In this document: piece after piece, positions 28,833 through 43,779 of the stretch | Numbering within the stretch: position 1 is the first letter of the stretch | Layout of the letters: each line of letters starts with the position of its first letter | NCBI GenBank assembly: GCA_016748015.1 | Contig: JAAOMT010000258.1 | Span: 126,173-190,172 of the forward strand | From: Geosiphon pyriformis uo1 | Lineage: Eukaryota; Fungi; Glomeromycota | Length of the DNA: 64,000 nt | Direction: 5' to 3' | The notes under the pieces: model-generated | Databases searched by the model: none | What the model was told of the DNA's origin: nothing | The model's input: the letters and a program-made list of their open reading frames with translations, nothing else | Translations under genes and position numbers: made by a program

Positions 28833-30900
28833 TATAACATGTATACTGATCTATTAACTGATTTTTTTGAAAAAACAAAAACTATTCAAAAAATACTTGC
28901 TTACTATTATTAATCTATTATAGAAAAAACATTGCTAATTATATTAAAAATTATAATATTTGCCAAAAAAAAAGAAAATACAATTACAAAAAAGATATTC
29001 GCCCAATTTTTGTTGGCCAACTATTTAATAAAATTGGTATAAATATTGTTAGACTTTTAACAAAAACTTCTGATGACAACTGATATATTATTACAAAATA
29101 AGTAAAAATAAAAACTATTTCAGACTAAACAACAGTTTTTATAACCAATTTTATTTATGAAGATATTATTTGTTGTCATAACTGTTTAAAAAAACTTTTA
29201 TTTAATAAAAAAAGAACTTTTTTTAATACACTAGTTAAAAAACTTTGTAGAAAAATAAAAATATATTATAAGCTTTTTTTTTATCACTTTCAAACAAATG
29301 ATTGAGCAAAATGTTTTAATAAAACATTATATAAAACTTTAACCAAAACCAATAAAAAAACAAACTTATAAAACAAAATATTGTTTTCATTCTTGTTTGT
29401 TTATAAAACTGTAAATTATAATATAATAAGTTATGAATTTTTTTATTTGCTCTATGAATAAATAGCAATTTTACCAATAAAAATAAATATTAAAACAATA
29501 TTTTTTAAAAAAATTACAACAGAAAATTACAAAAACATTTTGCAAAGAAGACTTGATATTATTTTTGACTTATTAGTAAAAGCATAAATAATTGTTTTTA
29601 AAAAAATAAACAATTCTAAAAAAAACTTAAGAAAAAGAAAACTTATAAAATATTTTTCTTAAGTATTAATAACTTAGTTTTAGAATACTGCTTAAACAAA
29701 AATAATATCTATAATAATAAATTCTCTAATTAGTGGAAAAAACTTTTTATAATTAACAAAATTTTGAATAATAATTCTTATATCTTACAAAATTAATATA
29801 AAACAATTTTTAATAATTGTTTTGTTCATAATATATAATTTAAAAAATATTATAAACGATCTGATTGGTTACTTGTTGTAGTAATACTAGTCCAAATAAT
29901 CAACAAAAATTAGATATAAATAAATATACTATTTTCAAAACAGAAATATTTTTAATTGATATAAATAATTATTTCTTGGATTAAACATTTAAAATGTTTT
30001 TTATATTTTTTATAAATATTGAACTAAAAATTATTTAAACATTATCTTAATTATTGAAAAACAAACCACTATAACTAATAATAATAGAACATATACTGTT
30101 ATTAGACCAAAAAAACTACTACCAAAAAAAAAATCAGTATTTAAATAAATAAATATATGCTTAAAAACATAACAACAAACATATTATTATTTTTCAATAT
30201 ATTTAAAAAAACAATTAAAAAAATCTTGTTTATAAACAAAAACTTATTATATAAAAGACAATTAAAGCTTTATGGTCAACTTGGTAAAGTTATAAAAAAC
30301 ATAAAACTCTTAAAAAAAACAACTTTAGAAATACATATAAAAATTTTGGATATTATATAATTAGATATTCCAAGAGTTTTAATTATTGCAAAAAAAGCCA
30401 AAATTCTTATATAAAAATTTGGTTTCTTGAATACAAACTTATTTTATCTCAGATATTATATACTTTATCCACAAAAAACTTTAATAAACTAATTAGTTTT
30501 AAGTTAGACAAAATTTTTTAATTAGAATATCTCATAAATAACTTGATTTTACCAAAGCTCAATCTCTTTGAAGAGGATAAAATTATAGTTAAAAATCATA
30601 ATTTTTATTAGTTATTATATATATTAGTCACTGATATTATATAATTAGTCACTCTATTTTTAGATAATAATTGTTAACTTAATCAATGATCTAATTATTA
30701 ATTTGATTATTGACCTAATTATTAATCTAATCATTAATTTAATTATTAATTTAATTATTAATTTAGTTGTTGATCTAATTATTAATTACTTTTAATAATT
30801 ATATAAGTAATAAGTCTCTTAGCTATAAAAAACATAATCAAAATAATAATATGATTAAAGTAACAAAATAAAATTCATTATCAATTACTTTCTTTTATAT
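25994..30900 (+). mobile_element. Decayed Ty3/Gypsy of a second family ('D'): pol relic, integrase, ORF3-like region, PPT, 3' LTR
   Basis: IANYIKNYNICQK...LFNKIGINIV (integrase zinc finger/core start, ~28930-29050); QTND*AKCFNKTL; purine tract GAAGAGGATAAAA at ~30570; LTR from ~30584. Confidence 0.65.
30675..30790. repeat. 12-bp tandem array (~GATCTAATTATT) in the family D LTR
   Basis: About 9 degenerate units, e.g. gatctaattatt aatttgattatt gacctaattatt aatctaatcatt. Confidence 0.65.
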
Positions 30901-31339
30901 TGCTTATTCTTTTTTTTATTTTTAAGTATCTGAACATCTTGAAATAAAATTATTTATTGGCATTTACATATCTTATTTTTTTTTTCTTGATTTGTATTGT
31001 TAAAAATTAGTCTAAGAAATAATTGTTTATTTTGTAATTTATTGAATAAAAAAATGATTGATAAACACAATAATACCTATTATTAATTTTAAAAATTAAT
31101 GAGTTAAAACATAAAACAATAGCAGTAGTATTATCTTGTTAACAATTACAAACTATTTTTTTAATTTTTAGATTTTTAAAAAAGATTTATAATTATAATT
31201 TTTATAAGACTGATCATATATATTAAATTTTTACTTATTTAATTTACTTTTTTTTTGTAATTTTTATTTATTTATTTCTATTATCTTACAATTCGGTTTT
31301 TTTTTGCTATTTATTAGCTTGTTATTTCAATTTATAATA

Positions 31340-34300
31340 ATATTAATGGGGTTTTACTCAACAAAAAATCTTAAATACTTTAAAAAAAATTAACAACTTT
31401 AATTTTTACTTATTTTAAATTTCAATAAATAGTTTCAATTAGTTATTAATGTTTTATATATAGTATTTAATATTATTTTATTATAATTAGATGACAATAA
31501 TAATAAATAAGCTATTACTTATGTTAATAGAACTTTTAAACTTACAAAAACAAAACATAGATTTACTAAATTGAAAGTAATAATTGTTATTTAGACTCTT
31601 AAGTATTTTCAACAATACTTAAAAGAAAAACCAAAATTTGATATTATTATTATTAATATTAGTCTCAAATAGCTTAATAAAAATGATTCTAAACTTAATA
31701 CCAAACAGTTTCAATAAATTAATTTTTGACCAATTACATCATAATTTAATTAACAATTAACAACAAATAATAGATTTTGAAAACTACAACAATATTAAAA
31801 ACTATTTAAAAACTTTTATTTTGTTAGAAATTTGGTTTTTAATTAAAAAACATTAATTACAATACTAAACAAAATAATATTTTTTTTATTATAACAATAT
31901 TTATTACCAAAATTACAGAAATTTAGCAAATTTACTTAGAATAATTCAACAAAATCAAAAAAACAATTCTATATAACATGTATACAAATCTCTTATTAAT
32001 ATATTCAAAAAAATATAACACAATTTAAAGAATACTTGAACATTATTTTTGGTTTTACATGTAAAAAAACATTTAACAATATGTAAAATTTTATAATAAT
32101 TATCAAAAAAAAAAGAATTTGTTCTATTGAATTTTGAATTCAATCAAAATTAAACAATTATTTAACAGAGTTGATATTAATTTAATTAAATTACCTATTA
32201 TAACTCAAAAATATTATTATGTTGTAGTTACAATAAATTATCTTATTAAATAGTTTAAACCAAAATTATTTAATAAGCAGATACAAAATTAGTAGCAAAT
32301 TTTATCTATAAAAACATTATTTGTAGACATAAATGTTTAATTAAACTTTTATTTGACCAAAAAACACATTTTGTGAACAATTTGATACAAAAAATTTGTA
32401 AACAATTCAATATTAAAAAATTTTTATTATTACTCTATTACCTATAAATAAATGAATTTATAGAATAATTTAATTAAACATTATGTAAATTATTAGCCAA
32501 AGTTTTAATTAATTTTGAAACAAAAATGGAATATCTTTATTTTATTAGTATTATTAGCATATAGAATACTAAAGCAAGATATAAGAAAACGCATACTATT
32601 TAATCTAATATATAAGAAAATAGTAATATTATCTATTAATTTACTTTAATATAACTAATTACAAAAAAAACTTTCAAAATACAGTTTAATAAAAAGCATA
32701 TATTTTTTTTAACACTTTAGAGAAAAAATAACAATTGTAATTACTTATATTAAATATCTCCAAAACCAACAAAAAAAGACATAATAATAAACTGCTATTT
32801 GCTATTATAGGATTCAAAATCAAAAATAAAGTTTTTTTATTCAAAATTAAAGCAGAAAAGCAATAGAGTAAAAAATTTAAACATAAATAAAATAGATTAT
32901 TTTATATTTATAAAGTTCTTAGCAATAGATTATATAAATTAAAACTTGATAACAAAATACTAATAAAAGTTATATATAGAAATTAATTAAAACATTATTA
33001 TTTTAAAATCAATTCTAAACTATTAATTCTACAAATTAGTATATATATTTTTTTAATTAATTATAAAGATATTTTTCGAAATTTAAAATCAATAATTATA
33101 ATAAAATAACAATATATTTGAATATATAATTTAGTTATTGGTATAAGTATTTTCTTAAAAATAAAAAACATTAAAACAAAATAATGATCAAAAAACATCC
33201 AAAACTAAAAATATATAAAAACTCATATATCGAAAATAAATTTTTTTTTTCTATTATTTTTAAACTTTTATATTAATATTTTATAATAATTATTCTTTGA
33301 AACATTTAAAAAATATTTTAAAAATTAATATTAGCTTTAAAAATACTTTTAAACTTATATATAATAATTAGTAAAAATTAAATTAATTATACTTTAGAAA
33401 AAATTACAGTTTTAGTAGTAAACAGTTTTCATAGTTATTATTTTTATAGAAAAAACACAAAAAATTATTTTAAAAATCACTTACTAAAACTTTTAAAACC
33501 AGGTTTTAAAAAAAACTTATTATTTATTTCTATTAACATTTTTTTAAATGCCACAATACAACAAAAAATTTAATTATGTCTTAATTAAAATAATAAATAT
33601 ACTCTTATTTATTGATATTTTCAAATTGAAAAAACATTGCACCAACAAAAACTGGAACTTAAAGTACCTAATTTTACTTTTAAAGTCATATAAAAACAAA
33701 TACACAATAAATTTAAAACAATAACTAAACCAATAAATACTTATTATAAACTTAGAACAAATTTTAAACTTTATAACTTATTTAATACTTAAAACAATAT
33801 TAAAAAGCTTACAGAATTGAAATTTTAACGATTTTTAAACCAAATTACTTTAATAATATTGAATTATTATCTAAATATTACAGATAATATTTAGACTTTA
33901 ATAAAACTTAGTTTTAAAAAAGAGATTATATTACTAGTAAAAATTTGAAATATTATATAGTATAAAATTATTTTTATAATTTTTATCAATAAATATATAT
34001 ATTATTATTTTAATTTATTTTTTATTATTTTATCAAATTGTTTAAAATATTATTTAATTAATAACTTAATTTGTACAAATACACAAATTATAATAATCAG
34101 ATTATATAATACATTAAACTATAAAATTTGCCAAAATAATAAATAATTCACTAAAATACGAAATAATTTATAAAAATAACTTGTAGTTTGTTAAAAATAT
34201 ATCTTTAATTTAGCAAAATAATAGCAAAAAAAAAGTATAAGTTTATAGACTAATATTATAACAAGTTGTATAAAAAAAAGCTTTTTTTTTAAAAAAAATA

Positions 34301-34865
34301 TAATTTAACTAAAATTATTTTCATTAAAATATTTTTCTTTAGTATTTATACAAATTATTTAAAAAAAACTAAATAAAAAACAACAAAAATTATAATTATT
34401 TTGCTTAAAATTTTCTAAATTTTCACTAATGTTTTTGAAATTAATTAGTTACTAATTTTAATAATTTATTAATGACTTTAAGCTTGGATAAAAGACAATT
34501 CTTTTAATAAAATATTTTTTTTTACATTTTTTTATTTTTTTTATTTTTTTATTATATATATTAAAATAATTTATAGACAAAATTTTTGTAAAAAGGCTGA
34601 TTTTTACAGCAAAATAACTACATACTTTGGTAAGCTTTTAAATAAATATTTCTTAAAAAAAATTTAATTTTTACTGTAAAATAGCTATTTAAATAACTAA
34701 TATAAAATTAATCATTTTATTTATAAGTCCAATAAATCAAATTATAAGAGATAACTTAAAGATAAATTTAGTTATTAGAGATTTAACTACTTTTAGTAAT
34801 TGTGAATTAATAGCAAAATAATATTAATAACATTCAAAAAAAAAGACCAAAAATCTTCAGTAATA
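31340..34865 (+). mobile_element. Ty3/Gypsy family A, decayed 3' portion (RNase H, integrase, ORF3 at ~33270-33950, LTR 33929-34865)
   Basis: Colinear with the reverse complement of 54293-58900; LTR ends CTTCAGTAATA. Confidence 0.8.
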
Positions 34866-34869
34866 TTAT

Positions 34870-36280
34870 TATATAAAAGTGATTTTTTTTGTAAAGTTGT
34901 TAAATTTCATTTTGTTTTTTATTGTATAGATAATTAATTATACTTATTACAATAATCAAAAAAATACCTTAAAGCTTATAACAAAAATAATCTAGACTTT
35001 ATTAAACTTAATCTTTTGCTTTTTTGTTTAAAATTAATTTAACAGACAATTTTAAGACTTTTGGAACTGGTTTTTAAACAAATGTTTAGCTAAAATTTAT
35101 ATTGCTTATACTATATATTTCTTTAATTAAGTTTACTTTAAAGATTTATTTAAAAAAAGAAATAACAATATTATACAGTTTTTATACTATGTTATCTTTG
35201 AATAGCAATCTCTTAATTTTGAATATTTAAATTACCAAATTTATATTTGGATAGCTGCCTATCAATTAATTAAAAACTTTTTTGAAACTGAAAAAAAAAG
35301 TTATTAAACTGCTTCTGTTTTTAATCTTTTTTTAAATAAATCAGACTTTTTTACAAAAACAGCTACTTTTAAACAAATATCCAATAATCCAATATAAACA
35401 AATATTCTAATTGCTTTTTAAAATATAAAAACTATTTTAAGATAAAGAAACAATATTCTATTACTCTTATTTAGAAACAATACACAAGATTTAATTAAAT
35501 AACTAAAAATTTTTAAAAAAGCAGTAATAACCAATTAATACAATATAGAATACAAATTTCAGATTATTGATGAGTATTTTTAAGACTTTTTTATCACATA
35601 GTTTTTTCAAAAAACTAATCTTGATATACAACAAAAAATTGTAAAATAAATATTAACACAAACTAAAAAAGATAATATTTCTTTTACTACTTAATTTAAA
35701 CTTAGATTTTAAATTTCAATTTTGATTTTTAAATAATACATAAAGTTAGAAAAAAAAATTCAAAGTCTTAATAAAATTATAACTAAATATGTCAAAATTA
35801 TCAGAAATTCAATTAAATAAGTAGATATTAAAAAAAACTAAATTAAAAAACAAAAGATTGATTTCTTTATCAAAAAATTAAGAACTAATCTATTATATGT
35901 TTTTTGATTTTTTTTGGCTCTAAAAAACAATTTTATAATAAATATAACTATTAAGCTTGTTCAGAAAATTAAAAAAAAAACAAAAAAATACATCTAAGAT
36001 TTATATTCCATTTTTTGTTTTTGTTTTTGTTTTGGCTTTAGCTTCTTAAATAACTGTTATTTTTTTTACCATTTAAACTTAAGACCCAAATAAATAACTT
36101 ATAAACAGACTTATAATTAACTTTATTTGATTGTTAAAATTTTTAGCTTAAGCAATAAAAAAAATTAATAGTTTTAAAGACCCAAATTTGAAATTTACTA
36201 TAATTAGCTCTAACAAATATTTTTTAACCAAAAACAGTTAACTGTATAAGTTTAGTAATTTATAAGCAAAAATTAAAACT
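34870..36280 (+). pseudogene. Decayed Gypsy gag relic (another family)
   Basis: QDLIK*LKIFKKAVITN*YNIEYKFQII resembles a retrotransposon capsid N-terminus (DPxEWLxxFExAAxAN). Confidence 0.5.
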
Positions 36281-36289
36281 TGTGGTTTT

Positions 36290-38948
36290 TTTTAACTTTT
36301 TTTTTTTTTTAAGTAGGTAGTAATAATAACTCTGTATTAATATTATTAATCCAAATAATTTGATATGTTTTCAAAATTGGCTAAATTACAAAATCTTTTA
36401 AATTTAATAAGAAGTAATTCAAAAATTGCTAATTTAAAATGTTTATAAATTGTAGATATTTAAGTATATTAGTCATCAAATAAGATCTGAAGTTTTTGAG
36501 TATTCTAATTAAGAGTGACATAAGCCTTAATTAATAAATTATTGCCAATTAAAGCTTAATATTAAGTTGTTTTTATTACAAAAACTTTGGTCGAAATTAT
36601 AATTTTATTTATTTTAAAAAAAAAATTTTTATTTTTTCTATTAAGATTTTAATATTTTTATTGATTATTATAATAATTCTAACTATATTTATATAATTGA
36701 CTCAATAATTTAATTAATTCATAAACTGTTTTATAATTATATTGCTAACTAATTTATTATCAAGTATTAATTTAATAATTATATGTTTTATTATAACATT
36801 AATGTATATTATCATAATTGATTTGTTTTGATTAATATTAGTTCTACTAAAGAGATTAAAAATGTTTAAATTGTTAAAATTGAATAAAAATATAACTGCA
36901 AACATTTTATTTTCAATAATTATAACTGAAAGTATTATATTAAAAAAGAAAAAATTAGTGATTTTAATAATAGCTTTTTTTTCTAAAAATATAATATTAC
37001 CAAAATTCTGAGTTTTAATAAGACCAAAATAGGAAACTTGGTTTAAATAGCTTATTAGTATTATTAAAGTAATAAGTTGCTATAATTAAATTTTAGAAAA
37101 ATACTGTTGTAAATTAAGTTTGATTTCTATTATTGTATTACTGTTTTTAATTATAATTGATAGCTTGGAGTCTTAAGTTGTTTTATTGTAAAGTTTAATA
37201 TTAAAATTAAGGTTGTATTATTATTTGAAAGTATTAATAATAATTCTAAAGTAATTATGATAAGTATTTTAATTGTTAATATTAAGATAAGAAATAATAA
37301 TATTTTGTTATTTATAAGTATTTTAATTGTTGCTAATATTAGTTTTTATAATTCTAATTTAATAATTTTTTATAGTAATCTCTTATAATATAGTCAAATT
37401 TCTGACAGTAATGACAATTTTGAGAATTTTGTCTCCAAGATTGTTGTTTGTTGTTAACATTGTTGCTATTGTTAATGTTTTATATTATTGCTATTTTTTA
37501 ATACTATAAGGATTAATATGTTTCTGAATTTCTTGTAAAAATATTTTCAATTTTTAAAAATAATTTTTTATTTAATTGAATAATTTTTGCATCAATGTCA
37601 AAAGTTTTACTTATAACTAGATTAACAATTTGGGTATGATTGACTTCTTGTTTAGTGAATTTAATGTTATAAATAAGTATTATAGTATTTTGTAGACTTC
37701 TAAAATAGTAAAGTTTAACAGATTAAAAAATACTGCTTCTTAATCTTTTAATAAATTAATTCAAAATTTGGCCAGATGTATAGTAATCTTTTTTAATAAC
37801 TTAAATTTGTTAAAAAATTTAATTGAATCAGCCAAGATAAGTAGTAACTGCTTTATGATTTTTTTGTTTTATAATACTAAATTGATTTGTAGTTAAAATA
37901 AAGATATTGAAATTACAGAAGTTCTGTAAAAAAACAAGTTTAAAAACAACAAAGTCAATTAATTTTTTATTAAAATTTTGGTATTAAGAGTTAGCAGTTT
38001 CTATAAAAAAAACTAATACTTAAATAGTTCTAATATTATTTTAATTGTTGACCATAATTGTTTTTTCGATTTCTGCAATCCATATATATGCATTTTTTTA
38101 TTGAAAATTTTTTTAATCTAATAATGTCTTTATAAATTATGATTAAAATATTAAAAAGTTGTTTATTTGTTAACAAAAAAAAAATTGGCAGAAGTATATT
38201 TGATTGTTTAGTTAAATTTAAGACTGGTTGTTTTCTTTTGTAAATTGTTACAATAGAAATAATGATGTTTCTTCTAAGGAAATAGTTGTAGATTTAGGTA
38301 GTAATTCTAATATTTTGTTTTCAAGTAAAAATATTTCGAAAAGCAATATTTATTACCAAAGTAAAATTTTTAAATAGTGTTCTGTATTTTTTCAATAATT
38401 TAGTTCAAAAATTTCTGTTAAAGTCCTAAAAATAAAGATTTTTGGAAATTTTTTGAAGTATTTAATTATAAACTGTTTGGCTGATTTAATAAAATTTTGT
38501 TTTCTGGATCTAATAATAAGAAAATATTGTTGATGAAAAGAATCTTGATTTTTTGCTAATTATAGATTAAAATTTTGCTTGCACAAATAGCTGTTAAATA
38601 TTGTTTTCTGTATCAAACTCAGATTTCTCTAAAAAAAATTTGGTAGTATAGTTTTTATTAAGTTATAAGTAATAGTTTTGTATATATATCTCGATTTTTT
38701 TGTTAATAAGGAGAAGAGTTTTTACAATTGCTCTTTTGGTAGTTGTATTAAATACAATAGTAAATTTTGGTAAATGTGTTTTCCAAGTTTTTTGTATTTA
38801 TTGTTTTGCCTAAATAATAGTCAATATTAACATGTATATAGTACAGAAAATTACTTTTAGTTGTAAATGTTTCTTCTGAAATTCTTTAATATTTTCAAAA
38901 ATGTTGATATAATACATTTCTAAAAAACAAATAATCTTTTTTGACTGT
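36290..38948 (-). pseudogene. Decayed Gypsy gag-protease relic; host of the 38949 LTR insertion
   Basis: ORF 36714..36905 contains IKLILDNKLVSNII (LDSG-type aspartic protease relic) preceded by an AVIFLF motif also seen in family A. Confidence 0.6.
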
Positions 38949-39887
38949 TGTTACCAGTAAAATTTTAGTTATTAACTAGTATAAAATTATCTTATAATTT
39001 CTATTATAAATTAGCATATATTATTATTATTCAAATTATCACTTATTATTTAGTCAAAAATTATTAAAAATTACTATTTAATTAATAATTCAATTTGTAT
39101 AAAAGAAATTAAGATGATCAAATTACACAATACACTAAATTATGTAACATTTAAAAATTTGCTAAAATAATAAATAATTCACCAAAATAGTTAATAGCTC
39201 AATGAAATAATTTGTAGTTTGTTAAAATATATCTTTAGTTCATCAAAATTATAACAAAAAGAAAAAGTTCAAATTCACAGACTAGTACTATAACAAGTTG
39301 TATAAAAGAAAAGCTTCTTTTTTCGAGAAAATATATCTTACTATAGATATCTTACTTTTAGATTTATCCTTATTAGTACAATTCAAAAATAAAAGTATAC
39401 TTTAAAAACCAATTTGTGAAATAATTACACTTAACATTCACCAAAACTCAACTAATATTTTAAAATTAACTAGCTACCAATTTCAGTAATTTGTTAGTGA
39501 TTTTAGACTTAAATAGAAAATGACTTTTTTAATAAAATCTTATTTCTTTTACATTGCTTTTTTTTTTCTATTATAATCATTAGGGTAGTTTACAGACAAG
39601 ATTTCTGTAAAAAAATTAATTTTTACAGCAAAGTAACTACACAATTTTTAATAAGCTTTCAGACAAACAATTTCTGAAAAAAAGTTGATTTTTATTACAA
39701 AGTAATTACATAAAATAACTGACATAGAATTAGCTATTCTACTTATAAGTTTAGCAGTTTAAATTATAAGAGATAATTTAAAAATAAATTCAATTATTGA
39801 AGGTTTAATTACTTCCAGAAAACATGAATTCACAACAAACAGGCATTAACAATATTCAAAAAAAAAGTCCAAAAACCTTCAGTAATA
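38949..39887 (+). repeat. Family A LTR (5' LTR)
   Basis: TGTTA...TAATA termini; same subtype as 20407-21375. Confidence 0.85.
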
Positions 39888-42800
39888 TTTGGTATTATAA
39901 TACAGCAATAACAACTTCAAAGTGGTGATCACACTTAACACAATAACTTTAGAGTATTATCAGTTAATTTACACTCACTGCAAGCAAAAATTCAACATCC
40001 AAGACGGTATTAAAGTTTTCAAGAAATTATTATACCAATATATTGAGAACTATATTAACAATTATTTTTTGGAGACTATAATATTTTAGAAGTTAGAAAC
40101 AACTTCTATGAAAACTTACTACACTATTTTTACTTAAAAACAGAAGAATTTAATAGTGAAACACTTAACACTTACTTTTAGAAACTTATTTTTAATATCA
40201 TTTAATATTGTAAAAAAAAATACTCAGTACAATTCAAATTTTTTTTGAACATAGAATCAAAGTCTGAAAATAACAACAAAAGAAAACAAAAACAAAAATA
40301 AAATCCAAAAACAACCTATAATACACCAAAAATAATAGTTAAATACTTGTAAATATCTAAACAAGGAACCAGTATCAAATTAACACTCTTTGTCATATTA
40401 TTTCCAATTTTATTTGTTTAACTGCAAATACCCAATTCACTTTTTATTCGATTTTCAAGACCAGAAAACTTTATTTTACCAAAAAGCCCAACACAACAGC
40501 CAGAATTAATATCTATCAGTACTAATCTTCTCAATTTTTTAACAGAAAACCAAAATAATTACTTTAATAACAACAAAAACGTTTCTGAATTCACAGAAAA
40601 AAAAACTACCAAGAATAAAGATACTGAAGACATGACAACTACTTAAATTACAAAAATCACTGAATTTACTAGAAAAAATGTTAATACCAGTCCATAAAAA
40701 TGGCTTAACAAAGTCCAAAAAGCAAAAGATGCAAATGAATGGAATACAGCAAAAATATTAAAAACAATTTCATACTTTCTTTAAGAAATAACAGACAAAT
40801 GGTTTGAAAACTTGGCTGAATTTTTCAAAAACTGACAAGCATTCAAAAATGTTTTTCTGAAACAATTTACCAACAACAATATCTTTATTATTCTCTAAAA
40901 CCAATTTTAAAACATTAAACAAAAACCTTCTAAATTTATTATGACCTATCTTAAAAAATTCAACAAACTTTTTTAACAAATTTGACAATTAAAAACCAAT
41001 AAATATTATTCCAATGCTCAAATTTTGAACTAATTTATAGTCGAATTAAAAAATAAATTGATTAAAAAAGTTTATTTTTATGTCCTAATAGACTTAGCTA
41101 TGGCTATTTAACATGTAAAAAACTATAAAATGGCAATAAAAAAAGCAAATTACACCAAATTTGTCAACTTTGTAATCAGTAAAACCAGTTTAACAGTTGA
41201 AGAAAAAATTGATCAACTTGCAAAGAAAATTAAAAACTATTTTATTAACCAATAACAATAATAATAACAAAGATATTAATTACTTTAACAATAAAACCCA
41301 AACAACTTTCTATCATCAAACAGCCAAAACCAAAGCTGTTATTATTGTAGAATTTCAGAATACTAGAAATAAGACTGCTAAAAAGTGCAATAAAACCAGC
41401 AGCAAAGAAATAATTAATATTATTTTTAATTTTAACAATCTCACTACCAATTTCTAATACCAACTTATTATTCACAAGACCTTAATACTAGAATAATTAC
41501 TATTAATCTGTTCCACAACTCATTCAACAACAGAATTAATAACCATCAGTTTAGCAATATTAAATATCTGCTTAAAAATTGGTTCAACAAAACCAATTGG
41601 CATCTCAAAATTAATTTACAACAAACAACAATAGATTTAATTCCAATAACTAATTAGTTCTTTGAAATTCAACTCAACAAAGACCCAATTATTGCTATAT
41701 ACAATTTAGTTATTTTACAATATCAGAAAAAACAGATTTTTAGCAAACTATACTTTTTAAAAATAAAGCTGCAGCTTTAAAACAAAACTCTTTCAGTAAT
41801 ATAATCTCATTAACCAAAATTGCCCAAAATACCAAACTTTCTAATATATTTCTATTTGAATTTGAAGCAAATAAATTACCATTTTTGCTTAGCAATATAG
41901 CTATTACAAAACAAAAAGCAATCCCAGCTATATATACAGAAACCAAAATTGAAGAAAACCAATTTGGTTAATCTTAAACAATAAATCTACTAAAACCATT
42001 ATTATATACTAATTAATACAATAGCTTAAACAAAATGTGAATAAGCCTGCCCAAACAGTTATTGTTATAGCTAATAATATAAAAAAAATTTCAATTAAAA
42101 AAATTAACAACTTTTTATTTATTATTAATAAAATTATCATTCCAATTAAAGTTTTTGTTATAAACACACTCCATATTAAGCTTTTATCAGAAACAATTAG
42201 CTTTTTAAAACCAATACAAATTTAGATTAAGAAGCCCAAGAACTTTAAATTTCATACCAAAAACAATAAACCAGAGTATTTATTATTTGTAATACTTTTA
42301 ACAAACAATTAAAAAAAGTCTTTGTGTTCAAATTTAAAGAGAAAAAAAAATGTTAATTACCAAAACTTATATGGCTCTTAGATTAACATCCAATTGGGCT
42401 AAAGAAACAGAACAAATAATTTTTAAAAAAACCAGAAAATGAAATATTGCTCACTATTTCAAGTCAGAACCACAAAAACATCCATTATATATCCTATTTA
42501 AATACAAAGATTACAACAAAAAGCTTTCATTAATGGAAATTTGTATATTACCAAAAAAAATATAAGATATACACTTGTTATTACTGCAAAGCCTACTACC
42601 AGGAACGATTTGAATATCCCAAACAAAATGAAAAATAAAACAACACTTTTTTTTTTACATATAAAAAACTGCTACTTGAAAAATACAACTGGATTAATGT
42701 TGCAATAAAAAAAAAATATGCAATCAAATCTGTTAATATGTCTTATTAATTGCAAAAAAAGTAAAAAAAGAAATTCTATTTAATACTACTTACAATAGTG

Positions 42801-43152
42801 CTCTTAACAAACTTTATTATTATTTATATAATGCTCAAATAATTTATAAACTGATCATAATTTTAATTAATAAAAAACCCCAAAAAAATGTCTACCAAAT
42901 GAAAAAAGCTAAATATATTAAATACATCTTCAAAATTGCTAGATATAACTACAAAAATAAATTTAAAACTTATTACCAAATTGTCAGTTACATTTACTTG
43001 ACCAAAAAAACTTAAATTATTGATTAGAATAAATAAATATCCAATTATATAAAAAATATGTTATACTTTGTAATAACTAATAATATCCAAAATGTTAAGC
43101 TTTTAATATTTTTTTGTTCAGTAAAAGTAATAAGAATAAAATTGAATTTAGA
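38949..43152 (+). mobile_element. Ty3/Gypsy family A, 5' half (5' LTR, PBS-like TGG, gag with CCHC, protease, Cys-rich domain)
   Basis: TGTTACCAG start; LTR ends at 39887 followed by TTTGG; CYYCRISEY*K*DC knuckle at ~41335; stops abruptly after NKIEFR. Confidence 0.85.
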
Positions 43153-43779
43153 AGAAAAACATATTAATAAATACTTAATCTATTACTTTAATTAAAACTA
43201 GAAAAAAAATTCTTTTAAAAATTTTGTTTAATTATATTTTTGTAGTTTAAAGCAAATTTAATATTTGGAAAAAAACAATTTTTTGGTTTTAAAAAATATT
43301 AACTTAATTTTCTATCTTTATAATTGAATTTGTAATTAAAAATACTTAAAAAAAGATAAAAAAATCTTATTAGTGCTTTAAAATATATATAATTTTATAG
43401 AATAGACATATTTGAACAAGAATTTGAGAAAAATAAAAATATGTATTAAATTTAATATTAGTTTAATTTTATATTTAATAGTTAATATTTTTGTTAACAA
43501 TATAATTTGAATTAGTAATTATTATATAAAAATACAGAATATTTTAAATATTATTAGTGAGTTTTTTAAAATAAATAATATATTTATTAATATAAATAAA
43601 ACAATAATTATTTTAATTAATTTTAAAATTAAGAGTGTTTTTTTAAACATAAATAAATTTTTAATTACAGTTATTAATATTAGTAAATTTTATTAGTATT
43701 AAGATATTTTTTTGTTAACCAAGAAAATTTCTAGATCTAATTTAAAAAAACAATTTTAAATATTATTATTTATATAAAA

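Noticed and set aside
15232-34865. LTRs at 15232 and 33929-34865 as the two ends of one giant element (flanks TTAC/TTAT, similar subtype)
   Set aside because: A 4-bp near-match is weak in AT-rich DNA, and the pairing conflicts with the better-supported 25994-43152 inversion, which would have flipped only one of them.
39888-39906. Assigning a primer tRNA to the PBS
   Set aside because: Only the TGG is recognisable; too decayed to assign without the host tRNA set.
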